The notes under the pieces: model-generated
Told to the model about the DNA's origin: nothing
Seen by the model: only the letters and a program-made list of their open reading frames with translations
The model's database searches: none
Part shown: positions 39,548 to 47,641 of the stretch, piece after piece
Layout: each line of letters begins with the position of its first letter
Position numbering within the stretch: position 1 is the first letter of the stretch
Program-made: the position numbers and the translations under genes
NCBI GenBank assembly: GCA_003141835.1
Contig: PLNR01000009.1
Coordinates: forward strand, 136,307 to 200,306
From: Candidatus Omnitrophota bacterium
GTDB lineage: Bacteria > Omnitrophota > Gorgyraeia > Pluralincolimonadales > Pluralincolimonadaceae
Direction: 5' to 3'
Length of the DNA stretch: 64,000 nt

Positions 39548-39577
39548 AAAAAAACTTAAGGACTACCCCTTGTGGGG

Positions 39578-39820
39578 TTAGGCCTTGGCCGACCTTTCTT
39601 CTATATACTTGATGGCCTCTCCGACGGTCTTCATCTTCTCGGCGTCTTCATCGGGTATCTCAGCCTTGAATTCCTCTTCGAGGGCCATTACTATCTCTAC
39701 CGTATCAAGCGAATCCGCGCCCAGGTCATCGATGAACGTCGCCTGGGGGGTGACCTCTTCAAGTTTTACGCCCAATTGTTTCGCTATTATCTCTCTTACT
39801 TTATCTGCTACAGCTGACAT
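39578..39820 (-). CDS. acpP: Acyl carrier protein
   Basis: DLGADSLD; ATG at 39820 with GGAGGAG SD. Confidence 0.97.
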   Translation of the reverse strand: MSAVADKVREIIAKQLGVKLEEVTPQATFIDDLGADSLDTVEIVMALEEEFKAEIPDEDAEKMKTVGEAIKYIEERSAKA

Positions 39821-39842
39821 GTACTCCTCCTTTTTGAGTTGA

Positions 39843-40583
39843 CTACATAACCATTCCGCCGTCAACCTTGATCACTTGTCCTGTTATGTATGACGACGCG
39901 TCAGATGCCAAAAACATAGCGAGATTCGCTACGTCGTTTGCCTTCCCGAATCTATTTAAAGGGATGTAGGCCAACATCTGGGACTTGACGTTCTCGGGAA
40001 GCTTTGCGGTCATGTCCGTTTCGATGAAGCCCGGAGCGATCGCGTTTACATTGACGTTCCTTGACGCCAGCTCCTTCGCGACACTCTTCGTGATCCCTAT
40101 TATTCCGGCTTTCGAGGCCGCGTAATTGGCCTGTCCGGCATTGCCCATTATACCGATTATCGAAGCGATCGATACTATCTTGCCGTACCTCTGCTTCATC
40201 ATAACCTTGGCGAGCGCCTTCGTGCAATTGAATGTGCCCTTTAGGTTTACGGCAATTACGGCATCGAAATCCTGTTCGCTCATCCGCACGATCAGGGCGT
40301 CCCTGGTTATGCCTGCGTTGTTAATCAGTATATCGATTTTCTGAAATTTGTCAAGCGTCTTATTGACCATTTCCTCGACTTGGGAGAGGTTCGTGACATC
40401 GACTACAAAAGCCTCCGCTTTGCGGCCTAAAGCCTCTATTTCTTTCTTTGTGGCGCTCAGCGTCTCCTGGTTTACGTCGCAGATAACGATATCCGAGCCC
40501 TCTTTGGCGAATGCCAGGGCTATCTCCCTGCCTATACCCCTCGCGCCGCCGGTTATCAGGCTCACCCTGTCCTTGAATATCAT
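39843..40583 (-). CDS. fabG: 3-oxoacyl-ACP reductase
   Basis: [24 protein letters not shown] motifs. Confidence 0.97.
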   Translation of the reverse strand: MIFKDRVSLITGGARGIGREIALAFAKEGSDIVICDVNQETLSATKKEIEALGRKAEAFVVDVTNLSQVEEMVNKTLDKFQKIDILINNAGITRDALIVRMSEQDFDAVIAVNLKGTFNCTKALAKVMMKQRYGKIVSIASIIGIMGNAGQANYAASKAGIIGITKSVAKELASRNVNVNAIAPGFIETDMTAKLPENVKSQMLAYIPLNRFGKANDVANLAMFLASDASSYITGQVIKVDGGMVM

Positions 40584-40584
40584 A

Positions 40585-41544
40585 TCAGCCTCCTATCGCT
40601 TCTTTAATGGCGGTGATATCCGCCGTTGTCTCGACATTCAAACACTCCAGTTGAGGGTCTATCCTCCTCAAAAGCCCGGCCAATACCTTCCCAGGCCCTA
40701 CTTCTATATATCTTTTTATCCCTCCTGCGGAGGGACTTTGTTCCCTTCCGGCTAAAAATTTTATCGAATCTTCCCACATCACGGACGACTTGACCTGCGC
40801 GACCAGGTTGGCTTTTATTTCTTCAGGGGATGACTCGTATCCTGCGTTAACGTTCGTGACCACCTTTATCTTCGGGGACTTTACCTCTATCTTGCCCATT
40901 TCGGCGTTCAACTTTTGGGCGGCAGGCTCCATCAGGCTTGAGTGGAACGCGCCGCTGACATCGAGGGGTATGACCTTCCTGGCTCCCCTCTCCTTCGCCA
41001 GGTTCGAGGCAGCCTCGACCTTTTCCTTGGCCCCGGAGATCACTACCTGGCCCGGGGAATTGAGGTTCGCTATCTCAGTACCGGTCTCGGCGCATACTTT
41101 TTTGGTCTCTTCCAGGGAAAGGCCTATGACCGAGGCCATAGTGCCTGGATTCTGGCGCGACGCCTCTTCCATGAACTGCCCGCGCTTTCTTACCAGCGAG
41201 ACTGCATCTTCGAAAGTCATGGATCCTGCCGCGACAAGCGCCGTGTATTCCCCCAGGCTCAAACCGAGAACAGCCTTCGGCGCGAATTGGCCCGAAAGCG
41301 GTAATACCGATTCGAGCGCCCTTAAGGAAGCGATAGACGCAGTCAATATCGCCGGCTGGCAGATATCCGTGCGCGTCAATTCTTCCTTAGGCCCCTCAAA
41401 ACAGAGCTTCGTTATATCGAGGCCTAAAATATGGTTTGCTTTTTCGAATATGACTTTTGCGGCGGGAAACTGGTCGTATAGGTCCTTGCCCATTCCTACA
41501 TACTGGGCGCCTTGTCCGGGGAAGATCAGGGCGAAGTCTACCAT
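40585..41544 (-). CDS. fabD: Malonyl-CoA:ACP transacylase
   Basis: FPGQGAQ, GLSLGE, SGAFHS, EVGPG motifs. Confidence 0.97.
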   Translation of the reverse strand: MVDFALIFPGQGAQYVGMGKDLYDQFPAAKVIFEKANHILGLDITKLCFEGPKEELTRTDICQPAILTASIASLRALESVLPLSGQFAPKAVLGLSLGEYTALVAAGSMTFEDAVSLVRKRGQFMEEASRQNPGTMASVIGLSLEETKKVCAETGTEIANLNSPGQVVISGAKEKVEAASNLAKERGARKVIPLDVSGAFHSSLMEPAAQKLNAEMGKIEVKSPKIKVVTNVNAGYESSPEEIKANLVAQVKSSVMWEDSIKFLAGREQSPSAGGIKRYIEVGPGKVLAGLLRRIDPQLECLNVETTADITAIKEAIGG

Positions 41545-42551
41545 TCTATTATGCAGGAGCCCCATACGAAACCGCTGCCGAAAGCGACCAAAAGGACCTT
41601 GTCGCCTCTTTTGACGCGGCCTTCCTTGACGGCCTCATATAAAGCCACGATGGCCGAGGCCGCCGACATATTACCGTACCTGTCGACATTCACGAATACC
41701 TTCTCCATCGGTATCTTCACGCGCTCAACTACGGCTTCTATTATCCTTATGTTCGCCTGGTGCGGTATGACGCAGTCGATATCCCCTGTGGTAAGCCCTG
41801 CCTTGTGCAGTACTTTCGCACAGGCATCGGTCATGACGCGCACGGCGTTCTTGAAGACATCGTTGCCTTCCATCTTCAAAAAATGCATGCCTTCGGTAAC
41901 CGTCTTGTGCGATGCCGGATGGGCAGACCCGCCTGCCGGGCACATCAGGAGACGGCTCTTCGTCCCGTCTGCGCCCAGGTAAGAAGATATTATCCCGCCC
42001 TTCTTTACCGGGGCTATTACGGCGGCCCCTGCCCCATCCCCGAAGAGGACGCAGGTCGAGCGGTCTTTCCAGTCCGTAAAACGCGAGAGCAGTTCTGCGC
42101 CGATAACGAGCACGTTCTTGTACATCCCGCTTTCGACGAACTGCTGGGCTATCGCCAATTCATGTATAAATCCGGAGCATGCGGCGTTTATATCGAAGCA
42201 GGCCGCGTTGACCGCGCCGAGTTTCGCCTGGACAATGCAGCTCGTCGCGGGAAAAGGCATATCCGGGGAGATGGACGCCAATATGATGAGCTCCACATCC
42301 TTGATCTCGAGTTTTGCGTCCCTCAAGGCCATCTTCGCGGCGTTTACCGCAAGGTCGGATGTGACCTCTTTCTCGTCGGCTATCCTGCGCTCGGAGATGC
42401 CGGTGCGCGTCCTTATCCAATCATCCGACGTATCGACCAGTTTCTCGAGGTCGGCGTTGGTCATGACCTTCCTGGGAAGATAAGCGCCCAGGCCGGTGAT
42501 CCCGGCGGTTATCCCCGTATGCTTTTTTATTGTCTTGGATTTTGGTGTCAT
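41538..42551 (-). CDS. fabH: Beta-ketoacyl-ACP synthase III
   Basis: AACSGF, FGDGAGA, PHQAN, YGNMSAAS motifs. Confidence 0.97.
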   Translation of the reverse strand: MTPKSKTIKKHTGITAGITGLGAYLPRKVMTNADLEKLVDTSDDWIRTRTGISERRIADEKEVTSDLAVNAAKMALRDAKLEIKDVELIILASISPDMPFPATSCIVQAKLGAVNAACFDINAACSGFIHELAIAQQFVESGMYKNVLVIGAELLSRFTDWKDRSTCVLFGDGAGAAVIAPVKKGGIISSYLGADGTKSRLLMCPAGGSAHPASHKTVTEGMHFLKMEGNDVFKNAVRVMTDACAKVLHKAGLTTGDIDCVIPHQANIRIIEAVVERVKIPMEKVFVNVDRYGNMSAASAIVALYEAVKEGRVKRGDKVLLVAFGSGFVWGSCIIEW

Positions 42552-43540
42552 GAGGTTTTTTTGACTGACTCGAGGATATGCTGGTTGACCTGGTGTTCGA
42601 CGAACGCGCCGGCCACCCTGATTGCGTTCTTTATGGCTTTCGCAGAAGAACGGCCGTGGCTTATGATGCAGATCCCGTTGACCCCGAGTAACGGCGCCCC
42701 GCCGTGCTCGGCGTAATCCATCTGCTTCTTGACCGCCGTAAACGCCGGGGCGGTAAGCAGCCCGCCGAGTATCCTGAGCGGGTCCCTCTTGAGTTCGTCT
42801 TTTATGAACGAGCCTATCGTGGTGGCTATGGATTCGGCGACTTTCAGTACGACATTGCCGGTATAGCCGTCACAGACGACTACATCGAATTTCCCCGCGA
42901 ATATGTCCCTTCCTTCGGCATTGCCCTGAAAATTGAGTTTGCTCGATTCGAGGAGCAGGTGTGTCTCCTTCAGGAAATCCGGGCCCTTGGTCGATTCCTC
43001 GCCTATATTCAAAAGCCCGATCGACGGGTTTTCTTTCCCCAATATATGCCTTACATAAACATCGCCCATAAGGCCGAAACCCATCAGGTGCGAGGGTTCG
43101 GGATTTATCGTAGCGCCGCAGTCTATCATCACGATCGGCCCCTTCATGGAAGGAAGTAGGACCGCGATACCGGGCCGCTCGACGCCCGGAAGGCGCCTTA
43201 ATGACATTATCGCCGCGCTGACAAAAGCCGCCGTATTGCCGGCCGAAACGACCGCGTCGGCCTTGCCCTCCTTGACCAGGTCGGTCGCCACGCATATCGA
43301 GGAGTCTTTTTTGTTGCGGGCGCTTGTCGCACCGGGTTCGTCCATGCCGATTACCTCGGACGCGTGGTGCACAGTGACGCCCGGCGGAACAGAACCGGCC
43401 TTTGAAAGCTCGTCCTCTATCCTCGCCTTATCCCCGACTATAATTACTTCAAAACCGTATTCTGTAGCGGCAAGGATTGCCCCTTCGACTACTGCTTTGG
43501 GGGCATAATCCCCTCCCATACCGTCAACGGCTATCTTCAT
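42548..43540 (-). CDS. plsX: Phosphate acyltransferase
   Basis: AVDGMGGD, SAGNT, DGY.GN..LK, HGRS motifs. Confidence 0.96.
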   Translation of the reverse strand: MKIAVDGMGGDYAPKAVVEGAILAATEYGFEVIIVGDKARIEDELSKAGSVPPGVTVHHASEVIGMDEPGATSARNKKDSSICVATDLVKEGKADAVVSAGNTAAFVSAAIMSLRRLPGVERPGIAVLLPSMKGPIVMIDCGATINPEPSHLMGFGLMGDVYVRHILGKENPSIGLLNIGEESTKGPDFLKETHLLLESSKLNFQGNAEGRDIFAGKFDVVVCDGYTGNVVLKVAESIATTIGSFIKDELKRDPLRILGGLLTAPAFTAVKKQMDYAEHGGAPLLGVNGICIISHGRSSAKAIKNAIRVAGAFVEHQVNQHILESVKKTS

Positions 43541-43734
43541 TTCTTCTTCTCTTCCTTTTTCTTGATCTCGATGACCTTGCGTCCTTTATAGTATCCGCAG
43601 CTCGGGCATACCTGGTGCGGCCTCACCGGCGCGAAACACTGCGTGCATTTGGTGACCTCAGGGGTCGCCAGCACCTGGTGCGTGCGCGATTTATCGCGCC
43701 TCATTTTGGAATGTTTTCTTTTTGGTAATGCCAT
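43537..43734 (-). CDS. rpmF: 50S ribosomal protein L32
   Basis: MALPKRK.SK.R, CxxC...H..CxxCG.Y. Confidence 0.96.
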   Translation of the reverse strand: MALPKRKHSKMRRDKSRTHQVLATPEVTKCTQCFAPVRPHQVCPSCGYYKGRKVIEIKKKEEKKK

Positions 43735-43751
43735 TTCGATCTACTCCTTCG

Positions 43752-44198
43752 TTAGTTACTGCTTTTTTCTATCCGGTTCCATTTCTGCACGTCTGTTTTG
43801 TGTCCGCAGCTGCCTTCGTTCAGGTTCTTGCCGCAGACCTGGCAAAGCCCCTTGCAGCCCTCCTTGCATAATGGTTTGACGGGGTATTCGAGTATTATCT
43901 CCGAACGTATGTCATCGGTCATGTCGACTACGTTCTTCCCCCTCAGGTCGTAACTGAAATCGAAATCCCTTTTGAAATCCACCGTGTATGAGGAAAGGCA
44001 GCGGCTGCATACCGCCTCTATCTTACCGCCGGCCGTGACATGCGCGTATGCCTCATCCTTGTCCCTGTTGATAAAAATCGTAAGCGTTATCGGCGTCACG
44101 AATTTCAGGTCGTCCCTTGCCAGGTCCAGTTCCGAGGCGTCGCGCTTCTCCTCGATAGTCAGCCCTTCCTGCGGGATGTCGTTTATTTTTATCTTCAT
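43752..44198 (-). CDS. yceD: DUF177/YceD family protein
   Basis: CSRCL and P.KPLC...CKGLC..CG.NLN...C motifs; upstream of rpmF. Confidence 0.9.
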   Translation of the reverse strand: MKIKINDIPQEGLTIEEKRDASELDLARDDLKFVTPITLTIFINRDKDEAYAHVTAGGKIEAVCSRCLSSYTVDFKRDFDFSYDLRGKNVVDMTDDIRSEIILEYPVKPLCKEGCKGLCQVCGKNLNEGSCGHKTDVQKWNRIEKSSN

Positions 44199-44674
44199 CG
44201 TTGTTTTTGCGCGAGCGCCTTGGCCACGAACGGCGGGACGAAACTCTTTACGTCGGCCCCCAGCGCGTGCGCCTCCTTTATAAGTTTTGACGAGAGGTAA
44301 GAATATGCTTCGGAGGGCATCATGAATATCGTCTCGATATCCTGTGCCAGTTTCCTGTTGGTCAGGGCCATCTGGAATTCGTATTCGAAATCCGATAGCA
44401 TCCTCAGGCCGCGTATCATGACCATCGAGCCTTTGCCCCTGACATAATTGACGGCCAGGCCGCCGAAGTCCTCGATGACTACGCCCTTCATGCCCCTGGT
44501 CGCCTTTTTGAGCATCGCTATCCGCTCTTCAACGCTGAACAAGGGCTCTTTTTCCGCGTTGTGCGCGACCGCTATTATCACGGTGTCAAAGATCTTGAGA
44601 GCTCTCTTTATGAGATCTATATGGCCGTAGGTTACGGGATCAAAAGTCCCCGGGTAGACCGCTTTTCTCTTCAT
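44195..44674 (-). CDS. coaD: Phosphopantetheine adenylyltransferase
   Basis: YPGTFDP.T.GH, RGLR..SDFEYE motifs. Confidence 0.97.
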   Translation of the reverse strand: MKRKAVYPGTFDPVTYGHIDLIKRALKIFDTVIIAVAHNAEKEPLFSVEERIAMLKKATRGMKGVVIEDFGGLAVNYVRGKGSMVMIRGLRMLSDFEYEFQMALTNRKLAQDIETIFMMPSEAYSYLSSKLIKEAHALGADVKSFVPPFVAKALAQKQR

Positions 44675-45255
44675 TATCTGGTTTGGCCCTTACAGTAAAA
44701 AGAAACCAGCGTGTCGCCGTACCTTGCGGTACGAAAGAGCTTAAGACCCCCGCTTGAATCCGGTAACAGGTCATGCTTGGAATGCTCTATAACCGCTACG
44801 CCAGTTTCGGACAATATATCACAACCGGCCAGTAATGACAAGGTTTTTTTGGCGATCTCCTTATAGTAGGGCGGGTCCATGAAGATAATATCGAATCTGG
44901 CGCCGCCCCCGGCAAGCTTCTGGATGGCTGCCTGGGAATCCGAGAAAATAACCTCAGTACGGCCTGGTTGGAGCTCCACACTTTCATGAAAGTGTGGGAC
45001 AAGGGCCTCGATGTTCTCTTTTATCGCCTTTACCGAGGCGCGGCTATTGTCCACGAATGCGCAGGAGGCGGCGCCGCGGCTCAAAGCTTCCAAGCCCAGG
45101 GCGCCGGAACCGGCAAAAAGGTCGAGCGCCTTCGCCCCTTCGACCGCCCCGCCTAAAATATCGAAAATGGCCTTACGGACGTTATCAAGGGTAGGCCTTA
45201 TGGCCCCGGGCGCCTTGACTATCCTGCTCTTAAAGATGCCGCTTGTTATCCGCAT
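44674..45255 (-). CDS. rsmD: 16S rRNA m2G966 methyltransferase
   Basis: RPT, LDLFAGSG, EALSRGA, DPPY motifs. Confidence 0.95.
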   Translation of the reverse strand: MRITSGIFKSRIVKAPGAIRPTLDNVRKAIFDILGGAVEGAKALDLFAGSGALGLEALSRGAASCAFVDNSRASVKAIKENIEALVPHFHESVELQPGRTEVIFSDSQAAIQKLAGGGARFDIIFMDPPYYKEIAKKTLSLLAGCDILSETGVAVIEHSKHDLLPDSSGGLKLFRTARYGDTLVSFYCKGQTR

Positions 45256-45256
45256 G

Positions 45257-47380
45257 TCACGCCTTTAGCTCCGTCTTCCCTGAGAACTTGCGCCTGATCA
45301 TCTCCCTTACCTGCCCGTGTCCGGGTTCCTTAAGCTCAGGGTCTATTTTTACAAGTTCGAACGCCTCCTTGCGCGCCATCTCAAGCTGCTTTACGTTCGC
45401 CACAAGGTTGGCGTAGCGCAATTCCGGAAGCCCGTGCTGCCTTGTCCCGAAGAACTGGCCCGGCCCGCGCAGCTGCAAATCTTCCTCGGCGATATTGAAG
45501 CCGCTGGTCGTGCCGATAAGAGCCTTGAGGCGCTTCTTCGCCTCTTCGGATTCGGTATCGGAGAGCAGGATGCAATAAGAGCGCTGGTTGCCCCTCCCGA
45601 TCCTTCCCCTCAACTGGTGCAGCTGGCTCAATCCGAACCTCTCGGGATTCTCGATGAGCATCACCGAAACATTGGGATTATCGATGCCGACCTCTATTAC
45701 CGTCGTAGAGACGAGGATCTGCACTTTGCCGGACTTGAAATCCGCCATCACGCGCTCTTTCTCCTCGTTGTCGAGCCTGCCGTGGACCAGGCCGACCTTG
45801 AGCTGCGGGAAGACCTCTTTTTTGAATTTTCCGTACATATCAGTGGCCGCCTTGAGGTCCTCTTTCTTGCCTTTTTCTATCAAAGGATAGACGATGAAAG
45901 CCTGGCTTCCGGCCGCGATCTCCTGGGCGATAAATTTATAGATCCCTTCGCGCCTCTGCTCCCCGACCCAATAGGCCTTGGGAGGTATCCTGCCCTTTGG
46001 CATTTCGTCGAGTATCGAGAGATCGAGGTCGCCGTACAGGGTCATCGCGAGCGTCCGCGGTATCGGCGTGGCGGTCATGAAAAGCATGTCAGGATTAAAA
46101 CCCTTTTGTTTCAGCTGGACACGCTGGTCGACGCCGAATTTATGCTGTTCGTCTATTACCGCCAGCCCGAGGTTTTTGAATTTGACGCCTTCCTGGATGA
46201 TGGCGTGGGTCCCTATCACTATATTCGCCCGGCCCTCTTCTATCATTCGTTTCGCTTCGCCCCGCTGCGGCGGGACTTCGTCCCGCGCCTCATCATTTAC
46301 ACTATGGGTAAGCATGACGATGTTTATGCCGAGCGGGCTGAGCAATTTGTTCAGGTTCATGAAGTGCTGCTGGGCGAGTATCTCGGTCGGCGCCATAAGC
46401 ACGCCCTGGTAACCGTTCGATACGGTGAGGACGAGCGCGTACGACGCCACTATCGTCTTGCCCGAGCCGACATCGCCCTCGAGCAGGCGGTTCATCGGCT
46501 TCGTGCTGGCCATATCATTTTCTATATCGGTTATCGCTTTCATCTGGGCATCTGTCAGCTTGAACGGGATGACCTCTTTGAACGACTCCAAAAGCTCTCC
46601 GCCGACCTTATGCGCGATCCCGTCATCAGAGCCTTTAACCCTGGCCTTCCTCTGCGCCAGCGCGACCTGCAGGGCAAAAAATTCATCGAAGACTATGCGC
46701 TCATACGCGGCTTTGCGCAGGTCCTCGCTTTTCGGAAAGTGGATGTTGAAGAGAGCCTCTTTCAATTCAGGCAGGCCGTTCCTGGACCTTATTCCGGCGG
46801 GAAGGAACTCTTCTGTATCTTCGAGGTATTTATCCAGCAGGTTTTTGATTACAGAACGCATCCCCCTCTGGCTTATCCCCTCTGTCAGCGGGTATATCGG
46901 GACGATCCTGCCGGTGTGGATCAGTTCCGCGTCCCCCTCATCCTTTATTATCTCGAACTCGGGGTTCGTTATCTGGATATCCTTGTACCTCTCGACCTTC
47001 CCGTAAAGGACCACTTTGTCGCCGGATCTGAACATCTTCTGCATATACGGCTGGTTGAACCAGACCGCGTAGATGACCCCGGTATCGTCGCCGAAGGCCA
47101 TCTTGAATAACGCCATGCCTTTACCCCGGCGCAGGCCGGCAGTCAGCACCTCGCCCTTTATCGTGGCGTACTCGCCTATTTTGACTTTGTTTATCGTGTT
47201 GAAATGGCTGCGGTCCTCATAGCGGCGCGGGAAATGGTAGAGCAGGTCTTCGACGGTAGATATGTCCAGGCGCGCGAGTATCTCGGCCCTCGCCGGCCCG
47301 ACGCCCTTGACGTAGCGCACCGGGATGGCGCTTAACGCCTCTTTTTTACTGTTGATGTTTTGTCCGGCTTGTGTTATCAT
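45257..47380 (-). CDS. recG: ATP-dependent DNA helicase RecG
   Basis: PRRYEDR, GDVGSGKT, DEQH.FG, TATPIPR, QLRGR motifs. Confidence 0.97.
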   Translation of the reverse strand: MITQAGQNINSKKEALSAIPVRYVKGVGPARAEILARLDISTVEDLLYHFPRRYEDRSHFNTINKVKIGEYATIKGEVLTAGLRRGKGMALFKMAFGDDTGVIYAVWFNQPYMQKMFRSGDKVVLYGKVERYKDIQITNPEFEIIKDEGDAELIHTGRIVPIYPLTEGISQRGMRSVIKNLLDKYLEDTEEFLPAGIRSRNGLPELKEALFNIHFPKSEDLRKAAYERIVFDEFFALQVALAQRKARVKGSDDGIAHKVGGELLESFKEVIPFKLTDAQMKAITDIENDMASTKPMNRLLEGDVGSGKTIVASYALVLTVSNGYQGVLMAPTEILAQQHFMNLNKLLSPLGINIVMLTHSVNDEARDEVPPQRGEAKRMIEEGRANIVIGTHAIIQEGVKFKNLGLAVIDEQHKFGVDQRVQLKQKGFNPDMLFMTATPIPRTLAMTLYGDLDLSILDEMPKGRIPPKAYWVGEQRREGIYKFIAQEIAAGSQAFIVYPLIEKGKKEDLKAATDMYGKFKKEVFPQLKVGLVHGRLDNEEKERVMADFKSGKVQILVSTTVIEVGIDNPNVSVMLIENPERFGLSQLHQLRGRIGRGNQRSYCILLSDTESEEAKKRLKALIGTTSGFNIAEEDLQLRGPGQFFGTRQHGLPELRYANLVANVKQLEMARKEAFELVKIDPELKEPGHGQVREMIRRKFSGKTELKA
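47352..47380 (+). promoter_or_regulatory. Putative sigma70 promoter of rpmB
   Basis: TTGATG-17 bp-TATCAT with extended TG; lies inside the first codons of recG. Confidence 0.55.
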
Positions 47381-47391
47381 TATTCACCTAA

Positions 47392-47420
47392 ATAATACTT
47401 CAAGGAGGAAAGCATGTCAA
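47392..47420 (-). promoter_or_regulatory. Putative sigma70 promoter of the recG operon
   Basis: TTGACA-17 bp-TATTAT; overlaps the rpmB SD and start codon. Confidence 0.65.
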
Positions 47421-47641
47421 AGGTATGCGATATATGCGGCAAAGGAAAGATGGCGGGTAAGGCCATCAAACGCCGCGGTATGGCCAAGAAAGACGGCGGT
47501 GTCGGCCAGAAGATAACGGGCAGGAGCATCAGGCGCTTCGCCCCCAATCTGCAGAGAATAAAGGTTAATCTGAAAGGCGCCATCAAGACCCTCAAAGTCT
47601 GCACTGCTTGCATCAGGTCGGGTAAAATAGTTAAGGCTTAA
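47414..47641 (+). CDS. rpmB: 50S ribosomal protein L28
   Basis: MSKVCDICGK...RRFAPNLQ...KVCTACIRSG; AGGAGG SD. Confidence 0.96.
   Translation: MSKVCDICGKGKMAGKAIKRRGMAKKDGGVGQKITGRSIRRFAPNLQRIKVNLKGAIKTLKVCTACIRSGKIVKA

Noticed and set aside
41240-41270. FabD active-site GLSLG instead of GHSLG
   Set aside because: A common natural variant; the catalytic Ser, Arg and His are retained.
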